Shown: piece by piece, positions 56,451-64,000 of the stretch
Numbering within the stretch: the first letter of the stretch is position 1
How the letters are laid out: every line of letters begins with the position of its first letter
Assembly: GCA_949841365.1 (NCBI GenBank)
Contig: CATKZI010000004.1
Span: 959 to 64,958 of the forward strand
Direction of reading: 5' to 3'
Origin: an uncultured Candidatus Melainabacteria bacterium
GTDB lineage: Bacteria > Cyanobacteriota > Vampirovibrionia > Gastranaerophilales > Gastranaerophilaceae
Length of the DNA stretch: 64,000 nt
The notes under the pieces: model-generated
What the model was told of the DNA's origin: nothing
The model's input: only the letters and a program-made list of their open reading frames with translations
The model's database searches: none
Program-made: the position numbers and the translations under genes

Positions 56451-57818
56451 ATGATTAAATTATGTTGTAATTATGTTGATGAGGCAGTTATAGGCTGTGA
56501 AAACGGCTTGAATATTAAACAAGAGTTTGAAAATTATAAAGACAGAATTGCAAATATTATTTCTGATTTGAATAAAAGAAAAGATAAACCCGGACAGTGG
56601 CTTCAGTGGATGAATTTGGGCTATAGCGAAGAAACCGTCTGGTATGTAAAAGAATATGCTTCAATGGTTCAAGGCAGGTTTGAAAATATTCTGGTTCTCG
56701 GTATCGGTGGCTCAGCTTTAGGCGGACTTGCTGTGACTGAAGCTTTGTTAAAACCTTATTGGAACTTGTTGACAGAAGAACAAAGAGAAGGATTACCAAG
56801 AATATTTTTCCTTGATAATATCGACCCTGATACAATGACTGGTTTGTTAAATATGCTTGATTTGAGCAAAACCCTTGTTAATGTAATTACAAAATCAGGT
56901 TCGACAGCCGAAACAATGTCGCAGTTTATGATTGTAAAAAATATTTTAGAGCAGGAATTGGGCTCAAATTACAGATACAATATCGTTGCTACAACTGATA
57001 AAAGAACGGGTGTTTTAAGACAGATTGCGGAACAGGAAGGATACAAAACTTTTGTTGTGCCAGATGATGTCGGCGGAAGATTTTCTGTATTTTCAGCTGT
57101 TGGACTTTTACCGTTTGCGCTAGTGGGACTTGATATTGATGAAATGGTTAACGGTATTAAAGATATGGATTTGGCGTTAAAAAATACTGATATTAATGAG
57201 AATATCGCGGCTCAAAATGCTTTAATTCATTATCTTTTGGATACTCAAAAAGGCAAAAATATGTCTGTAATGATGCCTTACTCAAGCAGATTAAAATATG
57301 TTTCCGACTGGTTTGTACAGCTTTGGGCAGAATCTTTGGGTAAAAGTGATTATGTCGGTCCGACACCGATTAAAGCTCTCGGGGCAACTGATCAGCACTC
57401 GCAAATTCAGCTTTACAATGAAGGACCGAACAATAAAGTTATTAATTTTATCAGAGTTGATGAATTTGATAATACATTGGAAATCCCGAATATTTTTGAA
57501 TATACGGGCATTGGTTATCTTGGCGGAAAGTCCGTAAATCGTCTTTTAAATGCGGAAGCGGATTCAACAAGGGTTGCGCTGACCGATAATAAACGCCCTG
57601 TTGTCACAATTACGCTCGATAAAATTAACGGATATAATCTTGCCCAGCTTCTTTATATGTTGGAAGTTCAAACTGCAATTACGGGTGAATTATATGGAAT
57701 TGATGCGTTTAATCAACCCGGTGTTGAGCAAGCCAAAAATTATACTTATGCTTTGATGGGCAGAGCAGGTTATGAAGAATCCGCTCAGGAACTTGAAAGA
57801 AAAATGGCTGCGGTATAA
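56451..57818 (+). CDS. pgi: Glucose-6-phosphate isomerase
   Basis: Start moved to MIKLCC, which has a GAGAGGGA RBS. Motifs GIGGSALG, TKSGSTAET, DDVGGRFSV, and GATDQHSQIQLYNEGP. Confidence 0.92.
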   Translation: MIKLCCNYVDEAVIGCENGLNIKQEFENYKDRIANIISDLNKRKDKPGQWLQWMNLGYSEETVWYVKEYASMVQGRFENILVLGIGGSALGGLAVTEALLKPYWNLLTEEQREGLPRIFFLDNIDPDTMTGLLNMLDLSKTLVNVITKSGSTAETMSQFMIVKNILEQELGSNYRYNIVATTDKRTGVLRQIAEQEGYKTFVVPDDVGGRFSVFSAVGLLPFALVGLDIDEMVNGIKDMDLALKNTDINENIAAQNALIHYLLDTQKGKNMSVMMPYSSRLKYVSDWFVQLWAESLGKSDYVGPTPIKALGATDQHSQIQLYNEGPNNKVINFIRVDEFDNTLEIPNIFEYTGIGYLGGKSVNRLLNAEADSTRVALTDNKRPVVTITLDKINGYNLAQLLYMLEVQTAITGELYGIDAFNQPGVEQAKNYTYALMGRAGYEESAQELERKMAAV

Positions 57819-58306
57819 TGAAAAAATTATTATTAGTTTTATTAATATTGATAGGAATTTCCGTACAGGCAGAGACTCTGCAGGCAGGAGTTTCGAAAAT
57901 TGACATGCTTCCTGATGACTTTTTCGGAAACTGGAGAGTTGTTGCTAAAATTGATAAGCAATCAGGCAGTACTAATTTTAAGCCTAATACGATAGATTTG
58001 TGGAACTTATCACGCAACGGAGACGTCATAAATTTAAATAACCCGTTTACAGGAGCATCGGCTTCTGTTAAACTGGATTATGTTGAGGGAAATATTATCA
58101 GATTTACCAAAGTCGGGGATTATGATAATAAAAAATTAACGGATACCGTTGATTTGAAACTTAACGGTGATACGTTTACAGGGATAAATTCTTTGAAGCT
58201 GGAAACTTTTTCAACGTATGATAATTCCTTGATCAAAACAGATACGGCGTTATATATTTTAAAGGGTGAAAAGATTTCGGGTTCATTGGAAGAGAAAGGA
58301 AAATAA
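57818..58306 (+). CDS. Hypothetical secreted protein
   Basis: 162 aa with signal peptide MKKLLLVLLILIGISVQA. Coupled by overlaps to pgi and trxB. Confidence 0.55.
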   Translation: MKKLLLVLLILIGISVQAETLQAGVSKIDMLPDDFFGNWRVVAKIDKQSGSTNFKPNTIDLWNLSRNGDVINLNNPFTGASASVKLDYVEGNIIRFTKVGDYDNKKLTDTVDLKLNGDTFTGINSLKLETFSTYDNSLIKTDTALYILKGEKISGSLEEKGK

Positions 58307-59238
58307 TGGAGCAATTGAATTTTGATACAGTGATTTTAGGCGGCGGGCCTGCAGGGCTTGCTTCAGCTATATATGCAGGCAGAGGTGCGGTTTCTACAGC
58401 AATTGTGGATTTGAATATGCTTGGCGGACAGCCTTCTAATTATTTGGAATTAGAAAATTATCCGGGATTTTCGCTCGTTGGCGGATATGATTTAATGGAA
58501 AAATTTGAAGAACATGCGGATAAATTCGGGGTTCAAAAATATCCTATGCAGGAAATTCAAAGTATTGATTTAAAATCAAAAACAATTGTCACTAATGAAT
58601 ACGAATTTAAGGCAAAAACAATTATTATTGCAACAGGTGCGCAGCCTATGAAACTTGGAGTTCCGGGTGAAAAAGAATTTGTCGGACGCGGTGTAAGTTA
58701 TTGTGCGGTTTGTGACGGAGCTTTTTACAGAAACAAAGTTGTTGCGGTTGTTGGCGGCGGTAATTCTGCTGTTGAAGAAGCTATGTATTTGACAAAATTT
58801 GCGGATAAAGTTTATGTAATTCACAGACGCAATGAACTTCGAGCAGACAAAATTGTTCAGGAACGTGCTTTCAAAAACGAAAAAATTGAATTTATCTGGG
58901 ACAGCGTTGTTAAAGAAATTAAGGGTGACAATCTTGTAAATACAGTAGTTTTGGAAAATGTTAAGACAAAAGAAATCTCAAACTTGGCTGTTAATGGTGT
59001 TTTTCCATATATTGGAATTACTCCGAATGTTGAACAATTCTCAGGACAGCTTGAACAGGATGCATCAGGGTTTATTATTACTGATGAAACAATGGCAACA
59101 TCTGTTGAGGGTGTATTTGCAGTAGGAGATGTCAGAAAAACTCCTTTAAGACAGGTGATTACAGCGGCATCAGATGGTGCTGTAGGTGCTGTTTTTGCGG
59201 TTAAATATATAGAAACTCATAAAGAAGTTGCAGTATAA
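58306..59238 (+). CDS. trxB: Thioredoxin-disulfide reductase
   Basis: 310 aa. Motifs GGGPAG, redox-active CAVCDG, GGGNSAVEEA and GDV. Confidence 0.93.
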   Translation: MEQLNFDTVILGGGPAGLASAIYAGRGAVSTAIVDLNMLGGQPSNYLELENYPGFSLVGGYDLMEKFEEHADKFGVQKYPMQEIQSIDLKSKTIVTNEYEFKAKTIIIATGAQPMKLGVPGEKEFVGRGVSYCAVCDGAFYRNKVVAVVGGGNSAVEEAMYLTKFADKVYVIHRRNELRADKIVQERAFKNEKIEFIWDSVVKEIKGDNLVNTVVLENVKTKEISNLAVNGVFPYIGITPNVEQFSGQLEQDASGFIITDETMATSVEGVFAVGDVRKTPLRQVITAASDGAVGAVFAVKYIETHKEVAV

Positions 59239-59353
59239 TTTGTAACACCAATACAAATAAAAAGCGCAACTTACAAAATAAGCAAAATATTTTCAATGCA
59301 GAATAATAGCGTTATTTAAGTCGTAGATCCAATGTGTCTACGCACGTAGTGCC

Positions 59354-59380
59354 AAAAAAAAGTTGCCTTTGAGAGGCAAC
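59354..59380 (-). terminator. Orphan rho-independent terminator on the minus strand
   Basis: The minus strand reads GTTGCCT-CTCAA-AGGCAAC followed by T8. No minus-strand CDS lies upstream of it within the 413-nt intergenic region. Confidence 0.5.
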
Positions 59381-59604
59381 ATTAAATAAACACGAGGATA
59401 TTAAGAGAGAGAGTATAAATAAGACCTTTTTCTTTAATCTTTTTCGTCCTAACGCATAAGACTTTTGATTATATTGTTAATATCCAATTAATTTTAATTT
59501 AGAAATTTTCCCGTTTGTTTTTGAGATTTCCCTTACTCTTATATAAAGTATTTTTCTTTTAAAGAATTGTCTTTTTGTTTTTAAATATTACAATTTCGTT
59601 ACAA

Positions 59605-59633
59605 TTGTCAGATTTTTATATAAATGGTATAAT
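59605..59633 (+). promoter_or_regulatory. Sigma70-like promoter with extended -10 upstream of pilT
   Basis: TTGTCA, 17 nt (ending in TGG), TATAAT. Lies 18 nt before the ATG, with an AGAGGAG RBS between. Confidence 0.45.
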
Positions 59634-59651
59634 TCTTTTAAGAGGAGAACT

Positions 59652-60749
59652 ATGGAAAATACTTTTGATATTGAAGCTTTTTTGAGAAAAGCTGTAGCTA
59701 TAGGCGCATCAGATGTGCATTTACAGGCTAATGAACATCCTGTAGTAAGAGTTGACGGTAAAATCACAAAGGTTAACATGCCGATTTTATCGGATGAAGA
59801 TTTGGTTAATATTTATCAGGCTTTGTTGCCAAATCATTTTACCGAAAAATTTCAAGATGCGTTTGATTTGGATTTTGCTTATGAGATTAAGGGCTGTTCT
59901 CGTTTCAGGGTAAATTTGAGCAGGCAGCTGGGCAGATGTGCGCTTGTTATAAGAACAATTCCATATAATATCAAAAAGATTACCAGTTTAAGTCTGCCAG
60001 AATCTATTGAACAATTTGCATCATTAAATAACGGACTTGTTCTGATTACAGGACCTACCGGCTCGGGAAAATCAACTACGATTGCTTCTTTGATTGACTA
60101 TGTTAATACAAATTATCCGAAACATATTATTACAATTGAAGATCCTGTTGAATTTATATTTACAAATAAAAAATCTATAGTTTCCCAAAGACAGGTACAG
60201 ATTGATACAGCAAGTTTCCCTGACGGAATTAAGTATGCTTTAAGACAAGATCCCGATGTTATTTTTATCGGTGAAATCAGGGACAGAGAAACTGTTACGG
60301 CTGCATTGAAGGCTGCCGAAACAGGTCACCTTGTGTTTGCTACAATTCACACCAACGATGCTATTCAAACAGTTAACAGAATTGTCAATATGTTTGAACC
60401 TTCGGACAGAGATTTTGTAAGACAGCAGTTGGCAGCTGTTTTGAGAGGTACTGTTTCTCAAAAATTAGTTCCGCTTTCAACTTCATCAGGTCGTCGTCCT
60501 GCTGTGGAAATGCTTGTTGTAACACCAACCGTTAAAGATTTTATTGAAAAAGACAAGTTGGAAGAAATTTATGACCTTGTTAAAAAAGGTTCGTTTAACA
60601 ATATGATTACAATGAATGCTTCATTGTACAGTCTTTACGAACAGGGATTTATTACCGAAGAAACTGCTATGATTTATTCTGATAATAAGAATGAGCTTCA
60701 GCAAATGTTTAGAGGTGTATTCCATGGAACTTTCGGCGGTAATGCATGA
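59652..60749 (+). CDS. pilT: Type IV pilus retraction ATPase PilT
   Basis: 365 aa. Motifs SDVHL, Walker A GPTGSGKST, ITIEDPVEF, DPDVIFIGEIRD and GHLVFATIHTN. Confidence 0.93.
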   Translation: MENTFDIEAFLRKAVAIGASDVHLQANEHPVVRVDGKITKVNMPILSDEDLVNIYQALLPNHFTEKFQDAFDLDFAYEIKGCSRFRVNLSRQLGRCALVIRTIPYNIKKITSLSLPESIEQFASLNNGLVLITGPTGSGKSTTIASLIDYVNTNYPKHIITIEDPVEFIFTNKKSIVSQRQVQIDTASFPDGIKYALRQDPDVIFIGEIRDRETVTAALKAAETGHLVFATIHTNDAIQTVNRIVNMFEPSDRDFVRQQLAAVLRGTVSQKLVPLSTSSGRRPAVEMLVVTPTVKDFIEKDKLEEIYDLVKKGSFNNMITMNASLYSLYEQGFITEETAMIYSDNKNELQQMFRGVFHGTFGGNA

Positions 60750-61507
60750 ACAATTTCGTAACTGATGCGATAAATTTAAAAGCTTATAATTTGAGTGAAG
60801 CTGATAAAATTATTGTAATGTATTCAAAAGAAAAAGGGCTTATCAGAGGGGTTGCAAAAGGTGTTAAAAAACCTAAAAGCAAGCTCGGTGCGAGAATGGA
60901 TTTGCTTGTTGCAAATAAATTGATGCTTTATAAAGGTAAAAATCTTGATAGGATTTGTCAGGCTGAAGCTTTGAATACTTTCCACAAAACGCGTCAGAAT
61001 ATGGATAAAATTTTTTATTCTATGTATGTAACCGAGGTTGTGAATAACTTTGGTGTTGAAGATGACCCTTGTTCAAAAGAAGTTTATGAAATTCTTTATA
61101 AAGCGTTGGATAAGATTTCAAACGCTTGTGATACTGTAGAAATATTGTTATCAGTAATAAAATTTCAATTAAAAATGATGCAGATTTCGGGGTTTGGAAT
61201 TGAACTTGATTGTTGTCTTTGCTGTGGTGAGCAAATAAAAGATGAAAATATGTATTTTTCACCGCAAATGGGCGGAATTATTTGTTCTGAGTGCAATGAA
61301 ACTTTTAAATTAAAAACTGTTTTGCATCATAAACTCAGAGATTTTTTGAATGCCTGTCTGCAATATGATTTTGATTATGTGTCAGAGTATGACAAAAAAG
61401 CAAATGAGAAAGTTTGTCAGGTGTGTTTTGAACTTTTGAAAGAATATATTAATATACATTCTTCCAAAAAATTCAATTCTACTGATATTTTGCAGGAAAT
61501 CAGATAA
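60746..61507 (+). CDS. recO: DNA repair protein RecO
   Basis: 253 aa with an OB-fold N-terminus and a Zn motif CCLCCGE...CSEC. ATGA overlap with pilT. Confidence 0.85.
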   Translation: MNNFVTDAINLKAYNLSEADKIIVMYSKEKGLIRGVAKGVKKPKSKLGARMDLLVANKLMLYKGKNLDRICQAEALNTFHKTRQNMDKIFYSMYVTEVVNNFGVEDDPCSKEVYEILYKALDKISNACDTVEILLSVIKFQLKMMQISGFGIELDCCLCCGEQIKDENMYFSPQMGGIICSECNETFKLKTVLHHKLRDFLNACLQYDFDYVSEYDKKANEKVCQVCFELLKEYINIHSSKKFNSTDILQEIR

Positions 61508-63824
61508 CTCGTTTCAGTTCGTATACTCTAAATTCACTCGCTTCAAGTTTATCAAAATGAAGCGTAGAAACCTCAGCCAAGCTAATGGTATCTTTACCAG
61601 AATTTGCGCAGTGTGGCGAAAAAGTTTCTGTATCAAACGGCGCGGATACAAATTCATCTCCGTCAATATAATATTCTTTTACAATTGTAAAGTCTGACGG
61701 AAGGTTAATTGTTTTATCAAAAACAGGTGACCCGTGCATAATTTCTGAGTAGCTGTTGTTGTTTTCATCAAACATCGTTACGCGTTCAGTTGTATATTTT
61801 GAATTTGAAACGACAAGGAATGATTTTCGGTCAGGGACTTTTGAAATCATCCATACTGCAAATCCGTCGTCATCTTGAATTATAATTTGCGCTTCGCCGT
61901 CAGATATAATCGGATTATTTTTTACAAACATATCAATTGCATTGAATTTTTTGTAGAAATCATAGTGTTTTTCTCTTGGCATAGAAATTTCTTCGCCGAT
62001 TACACTTTCAATTCCCTGCTGAGTAAAACTTTCATCTCCGTCTACATAAAGCATCGGACGTTGTGCAAATTTTCCGCCGGGTAAGAATTTATATTTAAAC
62101 CATTTATACAAAGCTCCGTTTTCGCTTAATTGACCGGGGTATTGATTTATACAACGGAATTCGCCGTCTTGGTTGTTATAAGTTTTCAGGATAGAAAGTT
62201 TTTCACCTTTTTTGAAGTTTACGTTGTAGTTATAAAGATGCTGGTTATCTTCCATAATCTTTTCGGGAGTTTTTTCGCACTGTGATACAATGTCGTTACC
62301 CCAAAGAAGGTCAAAATTCATACCTTTATGGTATTCTTTCAAGAAGTCATCCCAGAGCATGTATTCTGCAAGTGTTCCGAAATACGGTACTTTACTTTTT
62401 AGTGTTTTGTTTAATTTATTCAAAACAACACGTGGCGCTCTGTAGCTTATGGGTTTGCCATGTTCTTCAGAAACCTTATCTACAATATGGTCAATGTGGT
62501 CTACTCTGAAACCGTCAAAGTTATATTCTTTCTGCAATTCGACCATATAATTTACAAAGTAATCTATAACTGGTTTATTAAATGTACCGTTTTCAAGGTA
62601 ACAGAAGTAGTAAGGTGTCTGGCAGTCGAGGTTTGCAAAACTTGTTACGTCCTCGCCTTTGTAGTCATAGTGTTTGAATGTCGGATATCCTCCGCATTCG
62701 CTCATTTTGTCATAAATCGGAATACCTGCGGAGCACCAGGCACCGCCGGGGGCAGGCCAGAGTCCTTCTTTTATAAGCTCTTGAATTGTGTCAATTTGTT
62801 TTGTAATATCGTCTTCTGTAAGTTTTTGGTTTGGTTTAAAATCATGAACTCTTGCCATAATTGCTTTTGCGCGTTTATGAAGTTTTTCCTGATTAGCTTT
62901 TTTAAGCATTGCATTAGAGAGTTCTTTTTTAGCTTCGTTCATAAGGCTGTCAAAAGTGTCATAGATATTTTTGAAATGACTGCTCAATTCGCCCGAGCAT
63001 CCGTCTTTATAGATATTTTTAACGAGTTCGATATCTTCATCATCAAAAGCTTCAGGCATATTTTTTGCGATTTTATCAATATTTTTATCAAGTTCTGTGT
63101 TTAAAAGGTTAATATCATACCATCTTGCAATTTGAGGGTTTGCAAGAACTGCTTTTGAAAATCTGCCTGTCTGTGGCAAGATATCATAGATTACGGGGTG
63201 TCCCGCGAGCTGTGAGAGCATAATGAATGTTTGAACCTGTTCTTTTGCATTCATTCCTGTTATTTCTTCAATGTTTTTATCAAAGAGTTCTTCACTTATT
63301 TCTGAGCTTTTCGGTAAATATGCACAGCCGAATTCTCGCGGGTGAAACGGAATTAAGTATATTGTTGTATTATAGATATTGTTTTCAAGGTTGCCTGTAG
63401 GCAATATTAAAAGTTGGCGAAGCCAGTCTATAAATTTCCCAGCTTCTTTGGTTTTGTTTCCGTCACCAAGTCCCGCAAGGTTGATAAGTTTGATATCATG
63501 ACCTTCTTTTTGTATCCAGGATGAATTTTTGGCATTGTTTCTGGCTAGAACACTGATTTTGTTATTAGGAAATGCAAATTTCCCGTCAGAAAAAATTTTA
63601 TTGTTTTTCCATTTAATTTCCAGCCCGAAAAGAATTTCCTCTGGAGAAAGTTCTTCTAAAGCTTTAATATACGGATAAGGGAGATAACCGTATTTATTTA
63701 TAAGTTTTGAAAGTTCCTCTTTGCGTTCGGAACTTACCTCAGGGTATGAATTTTTAAGGTTTGTGTATATTTCATTAAGTCTGATATCTTTTGCAGGTTC
63801 AATTTTTTTAGAAAACAATCCCAT
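61500..63824 (-). CDS. Alpha-amylase-superfamily (GH13-like) glucan-active enzyme
   Basis: 774 aa. FDGFRVDHIDHIVD matches GH13 conserved region II (GFRxDxxxH). The rest is not assignable to a subfamily by eye. Confidence 0.65.
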   Translation of the reverse strand: MGLFSKKIEPAKDIRLNEIYTNLKNSYPEVSSERKEELSKLINKYGYLPYPYIKALEELSPEEILFGLEIKWKNNKIFSDGKFAFPNNKISVLARNNAKNSSWIQKEGHDIKLINLAGLGDGNKTKEAGKFIDWLRQLLILPTGNLENNIYNTTIYLIPFHPREFGCAYLPKSSEISEELFDKNIEEITGMNAKEQVQTFIMLSQLAGHPVIYDILPQTGRFSKAVLANPQIARWYDINLLNTELDKNIDKIAKNMPEAFDDEDIELVKNIYKDGCSGELSSHFKNIYDTFDSLMNEAKKELSNAMLKKANQEKLHKRAKAIMARVHDFKPNQKLTEDDITKQIDTIQELIKEGLWPAPGGAWCSAGIPIYDKMSECGGYPTFKHYDYKGEDVTSFANLDCQTPYYFCYLENGTFNKPVIDYFVNYMVELQKEYNFDGFRVDHIDHIVDKVSEEHGKPISYRAPRVVLNKLNKTLKSKVPYFGTLAEYMLWDDFLKEYHKGMNFDLLWGNDIVSQCEKTPEKIMEDNQHLYNYNVNFKKGEKLSILKTYNNQDGEFRCINQYPGQLSENGALYKWFKYKFLPGGKFAQRPMLYVDGDESFTQQGIESVIGEEISMPREKHYDFYKKFNAIDMFVKNNPIISDGEAQIIIQDDDGFAVWMISKVPDRKSFLVVSNSKYTTERVTMFDENNNSYSEIMHGSPVFDKTINLPSDFTIVKEYYIDGDEFVSAPFDTETFSPHCANSGKDTISLAEVSTLHFDKLEASEFRVYELKRVI

Positions 63825-63949
63825 GTCTTAATCCCTCTTTCTTATCAAGATTATATCATAAAGATATGTGTTTGAATAAATTGCCTTGTTGGCTAATAGA
63901 TTATTAGTTTTTATATTATTTAATTAACTTAAGTAGAAAGGGGCAATTA

Positions 63950-64000
63950 TGGTAAATACAGAAGTAAAACCTATTAGTGTAATTATTATTGAGGATTTTA
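63950..64000 (+). CDS. Start of a probable response-regulator receiver protein (truncated by the window end)
   Basis: AAAGGGG RBS, then MVNTEVKPISVIIIEDF. The hydrophobic strand plus ED is typical of a REC domain N-terminus. Only 17 codons are visible. Confidence 0.35.

Noticed and set aside
59588-59779. A 63-aa minus-strand ORF overlaps the pilT start.
   Set aside because: It overlaps the pilT promoter, RBS and 5' coding region. It has no RBS and a low-complexity product.

Overview
This is an AT-rich chromosomal segment from a diderm (outer-membrane) bacterium; GC was not computed. It is densely packed, with about 65 CDS and one tRNA, and most genes are housekeeping. I cannot place the taxon from sequence alone.

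Gene content in order:
- A TolC / HlyD-adaptor / MacB-type ATPase plus permease efflux operon.
- TrkH-TrkA, YggT, MTA phosphorylase, a lytic transglycosylase, an M20 peptidase and MutS2.
- A GltD-like oxidoreductase, a membrane pyrophosphatase, RlmN, Dtd and RimM-TrmD.
- A GH57 glucan enzyme, a small ferredoxin missed by the ORF track, DeoB, RlmH, MscS and tRNA-Gly(UCC).
- A parvulin, PepP, a TrmH-family methyltransferase and DnaA-RuvA.
- A group-3 sigma factor coupled to a prepilin peptidase, then GatC, PyrG and GlyQ.
- Two tandem APC permeases, MazG, an aminotransferase, MlaF/MlaE, Pgi, TrxB, PilT, RecO and a GH13-like enzyme.

I saw no transposase, integrase, CRISPR array, rRNA or reverse transcriptase.

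The most interesting signal concerns three dispersed type IV pilin-like paralogues. Two of them (24017-24735 on the minus strand, 52833-53560 on the plus strand) carry a 10-nt G/C homopolymer 7-8 codons after a strong RBS and ATG. In both, the prepilin GFTLAE/AFTLAE body is out of frame as assembled, and +1 or -2 nt would restore it. The two tracts sit inside the same 24-nt string (TC-G10-CACTCAYAGCT-T), but in opposite orientation relative to the genes. The two mRNA leaders are therefore mutually complementary over 24 nt, and the single difference gives a G:U pair. This looks like a paired phase-variable pilin switch.

Other points worth a second look:
- A 26-nt direct repeat flanks a pilin/XRE/hypothetical cassette.
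- A BcrA/HgdC-type activase, a YkgJ Cys-cluster protein and RlmN are translationally coupled.
- A 612-aa protein has helical termini and a variable core, next to the lytic transglycosylase.
- A Zn-ribbon, Q/N/G/R-rich protein heads the rimM-trmD operon.
- There is an animal-type phosphomevalonate-kinase-like gene.
- dnaA sits in an atypical context.
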